DNA of 64,000 nucleotides from Carcharhinus amblyrhynchos (taxonomy: Eukaryota). Of the stretch, positions 37,932-50,859 are shown piece after piece. The notes below the pieces were generated by a model that was not told where the DNA came from, made no database searches, and worked only from the letters and a program-made list of their open reading frames with translations. The stretch spans positions 19,964,001-20,028,000 of the forward strand of contig OZ336886.1 in the NCBI GenBank assembly GCA_965287045.1, given 5' to 3'. Both the position numbers and the translations under genes were made by a program. How positions within the stretch are numbered: position 1 is the stretch's first letter; each line of letters begins with the position of its first letter.

Positions 37932-40809
37932 GTAATAGTATCCTCATATCTAATCTACCTCCTCACATCCTATTTCCCCTTGTCCTGCTCTCATTTCTGG
38001 CTGGAGTGTCAAACTCCAAAATGGCAGAATTGGCATTAATTCAGTGTTGCACGCTGGTTGAAATTCTGCCTGCTCCACATACTTGCAGCAGACGTTAGTT
38101 GCCAGCACGCCACACCTTCACTAATAACCGGTGCTCTTCACAGCAGAATCCTGCACCCTCTTTCCATCCACTGATAACAATGTGTAGGCCAAGTTTGAAA
38201 CAGGTCTTGGTGCAGTCGAACGGAACCCAATTTATTCGAAGCCAGAGTACTAGAAAGCTTTTCTTGATAGCCCAAGCAACAACTTTATTCTCTATGTTCA
38301 GCTCGCATTATGGCAACAGAGTTCTCAACTTTCAGGAATGGATAAGGATTATCTTAACTAATTTGATGTCTGTGGAGCCATATTGCCACTGGATATCATC
38401 AATTGCTGAATCTGCTTGTCAGATTTCAGGACGCGTGGTCAATTTGTGGCTGCAGTTCTGCCACTTTTCATGCAGATACCACCCAGTAAGAAGCCTAGTA
38501 AAGACAGTGTGCTGCAAGGAGATAATGGAATAGAAAACTTTTAACACGAGCGTGATGTTCAGGAAAATATGAACTTTGTCTGATTATTCTAATCAAATCA
38601 GAATGGATTGAAATGTTGCTTTTCAATTAATGTTTCTATAACTGGCATCCTTGGTAACTGCTGCGTGCTTTATTTGCGTGTGTAAAACAACTTATTAGCT
38701 ACACACAAAAGCATGAGGATTGCAGTGCAATGCACAAAAACCGAAAGTAAACTTGAGAGATTTTTTTGAAACTAATGATGTTGCTTATTGGTACTCGAAG
38801 ACTGTTGTTGACAGCAGATTTTTTTTTTCACCTGCAAATCCACCCTGAACCCTCATATAAAATCTGTTCAGTTAAAAGGTCATATACAGTAACCTGAATT
38901 CACTGGATAAATAAATGCAAGTAAAGTAGATGAATCACAAGAGAATTGGTGCATGGCAGTGAATGAATAACCTGCAAATGGTTCCCAAACCCCATTATTT
39001 CCTTTTTTTTTCAGGCCAAAGATTCATGTCCCTGCATCCTGTCAGTTCATTACGGAGAAATATCATTCCTCTCATGGCACATTCTGGACTACCCTCTCAG
39101 CCCCATGAGGACCCTTTAATGTTTAATTCCCCATCATCTGCTTCAGTGAACAGTTTAATCTCTGCTTGTATGATCAATACTATATCAGTGTAAATTAAAA
39201 TGACAATTTTAAAGTAATTAAGCCTGTTAATGCTCGATCCAAATATCATTATTTGTAAAAGGGATATGGGAAAAATTACACAGTGTCTAGGGTGACAGGC
39301 AGATGTTCTATCATTGCAATCCTGTTGCAGTTGTAGACACTGAAGGCTTAAGGAAAGCAGATTAACTTCTTGCTCAGGCTGCCAGGGTACCTAGCCAATT
39401 TCAAAGGGAATAACGCAATTTGATAAATTTAATTTATGGAGCAAACTCAATTATTTTTAATATTAAAAGAAAACTGGGCCGACTCCAAAAATGACACAAT
39501 GAAAATGCACTTAACTGCAGAACAAAATCCAGAAGTAATTGTATTATTTAATTTCCCCAAACCTTTCTAAAAACCTTTAAATAATTGTAATACCAAGAAG
39601 AATAGTGAACATTCATTTATGGACAGTGCTCTCAATTTAATACAGTTGTTAATAAAAGAAGGTGCTGTTCACAGTCCAAATGTTCAGTCTTGCTTGCATT
39701 TGGCAACATACATTAGACTTGAATCATTAGGTTATTCAATCTCATAAATAGCTCGATTCCATTCAAAATGCTTCAGAGCAATTTTTTTGATTCTGTTTAG
39801 CATTAGTCTTTTTGAGTTTAGGTTTAGGGGACTTATTTCTATTGTTGGTCACTCTGTACCAAAAATCGACGACTAACAGATATGGAAAACTGAAGGCTTC
39901 TCATTCCTTCAATGCTGTTATGTTGGGTCTTCCTGACGTGCATCTTCCATGCGTTGTTTTAAATGCACAAAATTACATGATCAATGTATACTTAGCAGCC
40001 TCAGAGACATGAGATCAGACATGAACATCAAAGTACCGGTTAGTTATTGCCAGAAATTTAAAAAAAAGAGATGAACAATGGGACATAAATAAAACACTTT
40101 TATTCTACAAATTGCTAAGTAGTGACTTAACCAATGTACTGTCTGATGATTTTGGATCTCATGATCTTCATGATATTTTAAGAACCTAGTAGGTCATAAG
40201 CTAACAGCTGAAGTGGTCCACCACCCTCTGCCGCCATTACTGCTACCCCCGCCACTCTGTTCTGAGGGGCCTAACTGCTAGGTCTCATATTTATTCATTC
40301 AATTTGAGGGCACCACTGGGAAAATAACTCCCCCTCCCCGCCTGACATGTGCAGGGTAAGGACCTTCATTTGGTCATGTTGTCAAGGGTTCCACAGCTTG
40401 TGGGACAATCCTGCCCATTGTTCAGATTCAGACTGCCTTGGTCAGAGGCACTCAATGCCTAACTGAGGGACCCAGCATCAGGAAGCATGTGTGGGCATGA
40501 AAAGTCAACACTCCTTTCGTTTGAACACTTCCTCCTTCCAAGCCAGAGATCCTCTCCCCACAACCCCATGCCACCCTCGCCCACATGGCCTGGGTCCTTT
40601 ATCAATCCGAGGCCTATTGTGGGTGCATTACCAGCAATGGGCTCTACTCTCAGTGGTGCTGATGGGTAACAGGCAGCTGCTGGCCTTTGACTGGCCGGCA
40701 GCTCTCACTGGGATCCTGAATTGCCTGATTAGCGCTGAATACTGATGGGCCTTCTGCAAAGGAGGAGGTGCCACAAGCCTCTGGCCAGTACTCCAGCCGA
40801 TAGGTGTGA

Positions 40810-41125
40810 TCTTTTTCCCAGGGCTGAAATGGTTGCCACAAGAGGACACAAGTTTAAGATGCTGGGGAGTAGGTACAAAGGAGATGTCGGGGTAAGTTTT
40901 TCGCACAGAGAGTGGTGAGTGTGTGGAATGGGCTGCCGCAACGGTGGTGGAGGAAAATTTGATAGGGTCTTTTAAGAGACTTTTAGATAAGTACATGGAA
41001 CTTAGTAAGATAGAGGGTTATACGTAAGCCTAGTAATCTCTAAAGTAGGGACATGCTCAGCACAACTTTGTGGGCCGAAGGGTCCGTATCGAGCGGTAGT
41101 TTTTCTATCTCTCTATGTTTCTAAC
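40810..41125 (+). mobile_element. CR1 LINE 3' end
   Basis: ATRGHKFKMLGSRYKGDVG.KFFAQRVVSVWNGL-like remnant and tail ttttctatctctctatgtttcta. Confidence 0.85.
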
Positions 41126-41382
41126 CCCGTGCAGTCACCAACATTAGATTTTGCCTGCAACTTCAGCTGCATGGTTATGGAAAAACAAATTGCAGACAAA
41201 AAAATGCATCCCAAAAACTTTGATTTTTGTCGTTCACACCAGTTTAAAGTGGGGAGAGAAAAAGAAACTTTGGGAAATGTCTGCTTTTGGGCGTGACACA
41301 TTTTAAAATTCCCCCAGTGTTGCCAGTTTTTTTCAAATTTCTACAAAAATTACCATTAAATTGAAGAGAAAAATAACTAGCT

Positions 41383-41611
41383 TGTAATAACTTCAATCAT
41401 ACCATTGTGGTTGGTCTATTGGAATATGAACTCCCTGATGAGGGAGTCAATTCATGGGCCAATCAGGGAGTCTTTTCCTTGTATTTAACTGGGTGTGTCA
41501 ATTCTTCTGGCACTCCCACAGGTAGACTGCTGACTGATCTGTGTACCGCTGTTGGAATTATAAATAAAGGGATTTTAGTGAAGGGACTTCTGCCTCTGCA
41601 GACTTATTACA
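41383..41611 (+). mobile_element. Probable short solo LTR
   Basis: 8-bp terminal inverted repeat TGTAATAA...TTATTACA, with CCAAT, TATA-like gtatttaa and AATAAA in LTR order. No TSD seen. Confidence 0.55.
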
Positions 41612-42364
41612 GTCCAGCTTCAGACTGCTTGGAATTTCAGATTGTGTCTGTGCTGCAGTTTCTCAAAATGGGATTTGTATGTCCCTGAGTGTAGCAGCAT
41701 AACTTAAACTGTACCAGACAGAATAAATTGATTTAGCTGTAAAAAATCTTTTAAATTCATTAGGATTTAACCAGATTTGCCACAAGATGCCATCAATATC
41801 CTTATGGATAAATGTAGTAATAAGCCCAACAACATTCTTAGATTTAATTCTCAGACTGCACAATGTCAGCACCCTGTGATTTCTGGGTGTTGGTGGAGCT
41901 TAACAAGCACAGTGTCCCCGCACCCTGAAGAGAAATATCAGCCAAGATTCTCGCTCTCATCATGACCCTGTGGACACACATTGGCTGAGGGCAGAATCAG
42001 CTTCAGCAGCGACGCCCAGTTAAACTAGCTGTTCAGCCATAAGCAGTGGCCAACTGGGAGAGAGACTAGTTATCTGACCTAAAACACAGTACCCCAGCAT
42101 GAATGAGAGAGAGAAAGGAGGAGAGGAGGTGGAAGACAAGAAGGCAGAACAGACAACGCCACACATTTATAGACTTAGGTAGACAGGACTAAACTTTGAA
42201 ATCCAAGATTCACCTCACAAGGAAGAGATTGTTCTGTTTTACTATGTGTAAGTGGAAAAGGTATATGAAACCATATTACACGGACACCAATGGTAAGCAC
42301 ACTTAAATAGATCATCTTTAAAAAATGCCAACAACTGTGTGTTATAAAAATCTCACACATTAAC

Positions 42365-42575
42365 CATAGAATCCCTACAGAGCAGAAGATGTTGTTCGGC
42401 CCATCGAGTCTGCACCGACTCTCTGACAGAGTGTCTTACCAAGGCCCTTTGTCCAGTTCTATCCCTGTATCCCCACACATTTACCATGGCTAATCCATCC
42501 AATTTGGGTCTCACATCTTGAGACATTAAGGGGCAATTTAGCAGTGACAATCCGCGCATAACCTGCACATCTTTG
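42365..42575 (-). mobile_element. V-SINE 3' half
   Basis: catagaatccctacag...attaaggggcaatttagc...acctgcacatctttgg. Confidence 0.85.
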
Positions 42576-43701
42576 GCGGAGATCTATAATACAATTACTC
42601 GACTCAATTTATATGGTATTATTCTACACATTTATGATAAAGTATCATACAAATACATAGCTAAATTTGCAAGGTCCAGTCACACAATTTGGGATAATAG
42701 AATAAATTGAGAGTTATGTGGCTAATACCAAAACCAATCTCAGATATTTTGCTGTTGCAAACCATTGTCAGATCTGAAAGTATGAGCGGCGACAGTTTAT
42801 AATCAGAATATGAGTAGATTCAATAATAAGCTTACATCTCATTTGTATACTATCTGGATTTCCTCACTCACCTCAGATTTTCCCAGAAACTAAAATGACA
42901 TTTCATTCTTCCTCAGTTTCCCCCTTAATTTTCTCTTCTGCCTTTCCCACAATAAGACAATTACATTAAAACAAATTGTGTTTTCCACATGTTGTTCATT
43001 GATCAGATACCATCAAATAAATTCAATTAGATTGAATTGCCCGATTATCGCAATGTTTATGAAGTGATGAGCCCTGATTTTTGCTCTCTGTGTGCAGAGA
43101 CGGGTGAATTCCCTGGTCTGACCTGCACACTTTGGCCTTCATCCTCCTGACCTACCAAAGTCCCACTTCAGTGGACGCATCAGGTGACTTAAGTGGCCAG
43201 CTGCCTCCGTAAACTGCGCATGCATGAGCCCCATCCCAAATCCACTCTCACCCACTGTGATCAATGGAACCAGCCGCGTTTGGAGGCAGGGCTTAAAATT
43301 TTAAGCCAGTTCTGGGATTTTCACCCTGATGGAAGGCATCATGGTGAAAAACTGTCATAGCAAAAATATAGGCCCTAGTATTCGGCACTCTGTTTTTCTT
43401 TCACTAATTCCTTCAAAAAGGTTAATTGCTTTGATAGTCAATCTCAAATATTGCATCATGGAACATTATAGCACAGAAGGAAGTCATCTGGTCCATCTTC
43501 ACTGGGCTGGCTGCCCCCTGATTAATTTGTGATCCTCAGTTTCATTCAGTCCCAACTCTGTTGTGTGTCCCGTGAAACATTTCTCCAATGAACTCGCTCA
43601 CGTGCCACCTTCCCCACTATTGACCCTTTGGACTACTTGAAGAAAAACAAAACGTCCAGTTGAAGCTGAACAAAATTTCAGCAACTGTTTGTCCTTCAAC
43701 T

Positions 43702-43828
43702 TGGCTGGAGTTTTCCAGCTGTTTACATCCTGCCGTCACTGCAAGCAAGAATGGAGAATTTGGCACTCCATTCACCGCAATGGGACCAGAAAATCCTGCC
43801 GGCATGAATGGCCAGATAATTCCAGCCC
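43702..43828. mobile_element. MITE-like element with ggctgga...tccagcc termini; relatives at ~19000-19230, 48620-48765, 51634-51765, 58393-58500
   Basis: Short terminal inverted repeats and a shared ggagaatttgg...ccattcac...gggaccaga interior with 51634-51765. Confidence 0.55.
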
Positions 43829-44069
43829 TGAAGCCTAAAGGCAACACAGGAGAATAAAAGTAGGGTCTTGAAAAATAAACGTTCCATGGCACTGTGCAAT
43901 GTTCCTATGAACTGAAGCTACCTAAGTTCAGAATGATCAGATACCAGTGTTTAACATCAGTTAACTAATAAAAACCTATAAAATTGAGGAGCTAAACAGT
44001 TGACATTTAGAATAGTCACCAGTATAGTTACAAAGCTAATTGTTAAAATTTAAAGTTTAAGCTCAAGCT

Positions 44070-44238
44070 CATTTATTTGTGTCACAAGTAGGCTTGCATT
44101 AACACTGCAAATGAAGTTACTGTGAAAATCCCCTAGTCGCCATACTCCAGCTCCTGTTCAGACACACTGAGGGAGAATTTAGCACCAAACCAGCATGTCT
44201 TTCGGACTGTGGGAGGAAGCCGGAGCATCCAGAGGAGT
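44070..44238 (-). mobile_element. V-SINE (alternative tail) 3' fragment; another tail fragment at 53200-53266
   Basis: Reverse complement of the 5403-5710 tail (gtcacaagtaggcttgcattaacactgca...). Confidence 0.8.
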
Positions 44239-44271
44239 TTCAAAGTGGATGTTGTAATACCTGAAATCATA

Positions 44272-44595
44272 GGTGACACGGTGGCACAGTGATTAGCACT
44301 GTTGCCTCACAGCGCCAGGGACCCTGGTTCGATTCTTGGCTTGGGTCACTGGCTGTGTGGTGTTCGCACATTCTCCCTGTGTCTGCATGGATTTCGTCCG
44401 GGTGCTCTGGTTTCCTCCCACAGTCCAAAGATGTGCGAGTTAGGTGGATTGGCTATTGTAAATTGCTCCTTAGTGTCAGGGGGATTAGCTACGGTAAATG
44501 CTAGTTGTGGGAGTGGGGCCAGGGTGGGATTGTGGTCGGTGCAGACTCGATGGGCCGAACGGCCTCCTTTTGCTCTGTAGGGATTCTATGATATG
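44272..44595 (+). mobile_element. Full-length HE1-type V-SINE
   Basis: gtggcacagtgattagcactgttgcctcacagcgccagggaccctggttcgattc head, V-domain, tail gtagggattctatg. Confidence 0.92.
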
Positions 44596-45687
44596 GGTTT
44601 CTGTATAACATGAGTCTTTTTCAAGTTAGGTATCAGACATGAGACACTGTAGCTGATATCTAAAGAAAACAAATTAAATTAATTGGCTTTTCATCATTCC
44701 TCAGTTTTCTTATTCATTGTTCACTGAATAAAAGCATTTAGTTTAGTTTATTTTATTTTTAGGCAGTTTGCAAAGTCAGAGCATTGTAGCTTAAAGTACT
44801 GTAATGCACAGGGGAAGATTGATGTACAGTTTAGTTGGGCTTTGTGTCAAGAGAATGGAAATTCAAATCCATCAACAAGGCAGAGTTTTTAAATTTATAC
44901 TGGTGGCGTATAGCGATTGGGTGCTGATGAGCAGAGGAGAAATAACAAAAGGTTTCAAACACAAAATGGTCCTTTCCTTACTTGACTTCCAAATCTATGA
45001 TCACTGGAGGGGTAAGAGTAGATTTTTTACTTTCATTCTACAGGGAGTTGTTGGGTTTCCTTTGCTATGGTGCTCCCATAGGGCACTTTAAAGATACCCT
45101 GGAGCCAAGACACCAATTCTCAATTTATTTGGTGTTATTTTTCCTAACTGACAATTCACAAATAAATGGCAATATCCAAGAATACTTGTGACCCAAAAGA
45201 TCTATAACTACCGCTTTTAGTCCAATGATAGCAATCAAGCAATTGAATCTATTACTAAGTCTGGTAATAACAGAGCTCCAGTATCAGCCTTTAACTACAC
45301 TCTTACAATCCAACTGAGATGTCATAGGTGAAAGAAGTAAGGTATATATTACCCTCAGTCGCCTCCTCACGCACAAATCTTTAGTAACTGAATGTCACGT
45401 CACAAACAGTCACATTAAAGTGTACATAGCACATTAAAGAAAATATAGAGTTTTTTTTGGGGGGGGGGGGATACAGAAATGGCAATGGGAGGCAGAAAAC
45501 CCCACGGCAGTCCCAAAACGGCTTTACAAGGGTGAGATTTCACCGACTGGCACCCCAATTTGCATGGATTTCAATAAGATAGCTCCCCCCCCGCCCCCCT
45601 TTACCCCACCGTTGGATTATCTTTTCATGTTGGTGTTGCATGAATCATGCCAGATCCCCATAATGTGCACCTGGCAAGCAGAGCCCT

Positions 45688-46105
45688 GTAAGAAGTCTCA
45701 CAACACCAGGTTAAAGTCCAACCAGTTTATTTGATAGTAAACCCACAAGCTTTCGGAAACGCTGTTGCTTCGTCAGGTGTGTGGAAAGTTCAGATCAGAG
45801 AAGGATATATGAAGGCACACACAGTTTACAGAATACTGATTAGAATGCGTGTCTTTCCAGCTAACTTGCTATTCTTTAAGATTTGAATAGCAGGTTAGCT
45901 GTAAAGACACGCATTCTAATCAGTATTCTGTAAACTGTGTGTGCCTTTATATATCCTTCTCTGATCAGAACTTTCCACACACCTGACGAAGCAACAGCAT
46001 TTCCGAAAGCTTGTGGGTTTACTATCAAATAAACTGGTTGGACTTTAACCTGGTGTTGTCAGACTTCTTACTGTGTTTACCCCAGTCCAACACTGGCATC
46101 TCCAC
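45688..46105. mobile_element. PLE insertion forming a 384-bp palindrome (187-bp arms, 10-bp loop) plus a 3' extension
   Basis: Arms 45688-45874 and 45885-46071 are reverse complements with 6 mismatches by manual comparison. The termini match the other PLE fragments in the window. Confidence 0.9.
45975..46017 (+). ncRNA. Minimal type I hammerhead ribozyme motif (mirror copy on - strand at 45742-45784)
   Basis: ccac..CTGACGA-agcaacagcatttcc-GAAAGCTT-gtgg: conserved CUGANGA and GAAA boxes, palindromic AGCT stem III, ccac/gtgg stem I. Stem II is imperfect. Confidence 0.5.
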
Positions 46106-49100
46106 AAGAGAGACACACAGCTGAGTACGGGGAGATGGTCATGCCCAGCCAGTACCCTGGCATTGCCCCCCAGCACTTCCAGGGCTCTGCCTGGCAACGG
46201 CACCCGCACCTTAACTCTTTCGTTTGGCTGAGTGCCTAAAAATATAGCAGAGGAAGCTGCCTTGGGGCCAGTGACATCCTCCCCCATTTTTTCCACTCTG
46301 CAAAAAAAGAACAAATTAGGAATTCAGCCCAGCAAAATTGAGAAAGAAAACCCACAAGATGCCAAATATGTCAATGCTTAAGCCAAAGAGCTAATCGTCA
46401 GCGATCCTCCCAATATTCCTGTTCAGTTTCCTGTTTAACCACTGTTGCCTATTCAACCAGGAGTTGAAGCATCTTATCAACTGGGTCTGGAACATGCCTT
46501 AAACCCATTTAAAATGCACAAAATCAAAAGTAACACAATTTGCGTGGCAATTGTTTGTCTTACATTTAATGGAGTAATGTCATCTCATCTGTTACACGGG
46601 AAATAAAAAAGTCAAGCTTAAATGTACAAAAAATTATGACGGAAGCTCTAAATAAAGTGAAGTAATGCAAGTTTATTGAGCACAGAATCAATCAATCAAT
46701 GCACAAGTGGATTAACAACAACTCATCGACTCGGGGAGAGATGATTTGCCGAAATATCAAGAAGATTGTGCAATTAAGAACTAAAAATGTTGTCTGCAAC
46801 ATTATGGGATGTAAATGATGAGAAATCAATTTGCAAAGGAAAAGAACAGATGCACCTCCCTCCCCCAAATCCTGACATGCTTCTTTATTTATTGCGAAAC
46901 AACATTGCTGCAATGACCTGAAACTTCTGTAGGTGTTTATTTACTCTCAACACATCAAATGATCAATATTTTTAATTTGGGTTCAAGTTATTATTTTTCA
47001 CATCACAGCTTCAGGAGCAAAGTAAAGTGGCTCATATTTTAGCGCTAAAAAGATCGATATGACAGTTTCACCTTCACTACAGACCCTGCCAGTTGACTGC
47101 AGCACATCATAATGTACAGTAGGTGATGTAGGTGCAGCCACGCTGGAATCACATCATTATCCAGACATGGAGCCAGACAGGAATGATTTAGCCCATCATG
47201 AAGCGCCTGATGCCCTTAGTAAACCAATCTCAGCTCATACAGTTTATCAGACCTGTCTTTTATTGAGCAAAGGACGGACAGTTTTATAAAGCAGATTACG
47301 TCCCTCATCATAAATGCATCCAATTTTTGCTGAGCCAAGGAACATCTGTAAACTATAATTAATTTTCCATAAATTTCCAAACAAAATTATTCAAACCTGA
47401 AACCATGCCCTGAAATACACAGTTATAATTCATTTACTATGGTGGATTCATTGATCGTCATTCAGTATGTCTGGGCATACAGGAAGAAGAATTACAGCCA
47501 CAGCGTATTACTTCAGTGACATCTACTTCATTTAAATGATTTGGGACTGGTCTGCCTTTCCTTAGTCAAAGTGAAAGGTGGCTGGATGGCTTATTCCAAC
47601 CCAGTCGCATTTTGTCGAAGCTGGAAATGCACTCACAAGTTTATGTTTGACATAAATTCCAGACACAATTCTCAATCAAAAATTTATTCCCCGTTCACAG
47701 GATCATGCTTCTTAGTTCCAAGCAACTGGCTGCTTTTATGGCGGTTTGTCTGTTAAAGAGTTTGCATCAAATGATTTGCTTTAATAAGCCAAAGGTTGAT
47801 GGGGAAACCATGCTTACAGTCAAGTCCTTTGCAGCTTATTAAAGAGAAGTTAATTATCCTTGATAATTGCCACAGCCGGTTTCACAAGTGATACACTCAC
47901 ATGTACCGTTTCGGTGAAGATTTAATATTGTGTTGATTGTCCTGAGGTGCAGAGGCAGTGAAAGCAGTAAAGTCAATGGAAAGATATTTAACAAAGTGAT
48001 GCATCAAAGGTTAAATGTGTTATGGGTATGGTGGCCAATGTGAATATCAAACAATCCAAAGGTACAGGAAGTTTGCAGTCTAAGATAAGTGTAAATTAAA
48101 CATGGCTGCAATTCAGCTGGAGACACTCCAGCACCATGTGGCTCCCTGATGAATTTGTGTGCAGATCAGCTAACTTCCCCAAAATTACTTCCTTCAGCAC
48201 CATCTGTATCTCTTGCAAAGCAATTCTAGACTCATTCAATCCGACGCAAGTCTTCCATTTAAAAACAAAATAAAAAATTAGCCATATTAAAGGAACGATT
48301 TCAAACACGGTTCCATATCTGGTAGCCTGCCTGATTCTAAATCAACTGCACACAAGGAAAGGAGGCGGCCAGGTAAGGCCAGCTGTTTTATTGTAAGGAT
48401 GCAATAGGTGAGGATGTAACATGAACTAGATTTTCATCTCTCGCTCCGACTGGAGCAATAAACTGCAGATTGCCAGTCGACCTCCAGGCAACTCATGGTG
48501 TTGGAAGGGTTGCGGGATGAACAGGAGGGAAATCAAATGCAGGCGGACAGTAGGTGAGCTGTGGGGTCAGGAGGGGCACTCCTGGAGTGTATTTTAAAAT
48601 CAGTGAAAATAAAACTTGGGTTAGGATCTTACAGCCCTTCCCATCCGGTGGCATATTACGGTCCTATCAAAATAAATGGCAATTTAAATGGCCCACCAGA
48701 TCCGCCTGGAGAGGGAGAAGGGAAGGTGTGTGGACACACAGTGGCGGGGCTGTAAAATCCAGTCACAGTGGCCACGACCGAGGGTTCTAATCGAGGTGGA
48801 CCCAATGCTATTCTTCCAATTGCGGGCCTCTTTTACATGGCAGGGTGTTGTTGAAATAGTTGTTAGGCATTAGTTATATGGCTAAAATCTGAAATGAAAA
48901 GCGGAGTAATGCAACTCAGGTATACTTGGGGCACAGGAAAGATAACATTAATTATAAAACAGCTTTAAAGTTCCATTTCTTCTACTCCTCACTGCCCTCC
49001 AAATACCCAAATTCCCTGACATCAGGGATATTTGCCTGTTTGGTCCACAGAAATCTGAGAAAATTTCTAAGTGTCACCATGGCAGTGAAAGAAGTAAGTG

Positions 49101-50859
49101 AGGGTGTACAACTGGCCAACAAGAGAACAGTGGCTATTAGCTGGAATATTCTTGCCAAAGCAGAAGAGAGAGCAACACAGGAATGCAAAGGACACAGATG
49201 GTCAAGAGTCATCGTCGATACTATCCCGCTGGGCACCATATGCTTCAGTAAAGTTAGCTATTGGGCCACTGAGGAGGAGGTTTGTCTTCACCATGGATGC
49301 TTTGTAACTAAGCATAGTGCACATATGACAGTGTCCTGAAGTAGACAGTCAACCATCTACCATATCAATATACCACAATGATCTCCGTTACCCACACACA
49401 AAACGACAGCATTTCAACTTGTCACCTGTGCAAAATATGGTCAACACAAAATATGGTCAATACAATATGGTCTCCAGTTACAGAAACCACCTAATTTTCA
49501 TTCCGCCAATGCCATGGTTGGTAAGTTGAGAATCTACCCTGGTGGCAGGAATCAGCCACTTTCTTGTTCTCTGTCAGATAATGACCATTTCTTCTCCATA
49601 CACTGAGAAAATGAAAGACCACAAAACGTATGAACAATAAATCCATTCTATTACATTGTACCGTTTCTGTGAGTGCATGTACTTTATTCCTATGCACACC
49701 ATCCCCCCCCCTCCGCCTTGTGTGTCTGAGCATGCCCTTGTTGGTTGCCTATGTGTCTAGGTTAGGGAGGAGCATTTGTGGATGATTGGATGTTGCCATG
49801 GCATCAACAATTGATGCAAGCCGCAGAGTCAATGACCTGGATTTTCACTGAATCGGGTTGACTCAGGAGCCCTTTAAAAATGGCTGGCAGCTCCCGATTC
49901 TGTGATTCTGGACCCCTCTCCCAGACTGTGCAATTCCTGGGAGTATCTCTAAAGGATGCAGCGTGGTTCCTACCAAAAGCTCAATCTGGCTAGCTCCATT
50001 GTGCACGTAGGCATTTCCCAATGCCCGCTGCAATTCTCATGGAGTCAAGCCAGGGTTTTAAAGAATCGTGGTTCACAGTCCCGTAGAGACATTGTGAACT
50101 CTACTCTTACACAAAGAAACTTTTCAAAGTTCAGTTCAAATGTTCACTCTCAGCCTCCCATGCCAAATTATGCCGCTCCATCCTCCCCACATGGCCCCAC
50201 ATGTTCCCAATGTCAAGCTTTGCCCTCACACCCATCTCCTACAACCCCTCATGAACCCATGCCCCTCTACCCACTCCTTTGTTCCCTTTTACCACCTATA
50301 CCAGATTCTGCAGTTCACCCACCCTCTGCAGCCCCATGTTCCTCTAATCATCTCTACATTCCATTCCCTTATGCGCCTCTCCCCACCCTATCTTCCCTTA
50401 TGCCTTTATGCCAAGCTCTTGCATTCCACTCAGCTATGCCTACCCACCCCCCCCCCCCCCCCGCCAATCTATCCACCCTCATGGCTCATCATGACTCCTA
50501 TGCTAAGCCATGGCACTTTTATCCCCAGTGGCCACCTGTACGGTTTCTGAAACCAATGAAACCTACAGTGTGAAGTGGAATGTGCAAGAAAAACACATTG
50601 GCGGTTTGAGAAAAGTCATTCATTGAAAAGAAGACTGAAGGATAAGCTAATAAAACTATCAATAAGGCCCTATGAAGTCTCAAAACTACAAACAATAAAC
50701 TACTGAAACCACTTAATTTGTGTAAACAAACATTGTGAAAATGACCACGGGGAGAGAACATGGGATATCAATGAGACAATATTTTCTTTGGGGAGCAGCT
50801 GTTTGAGTATTTCAATAACACTCAGAGCTCTCAACGAAGAATACATAATGAAGCTTGGC

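Noticed and set aside
38099-38533. 144-aa plus-strand ORF
   Set aside because: Non-ATG start, no recognisable family and no convincing splice sites.
49956-50573. 205-aa Pro-rich ORF
   Set aside because: Arises from a C-rich low-complexity tract, overlapping frames are also open, and no domain is recognisable.
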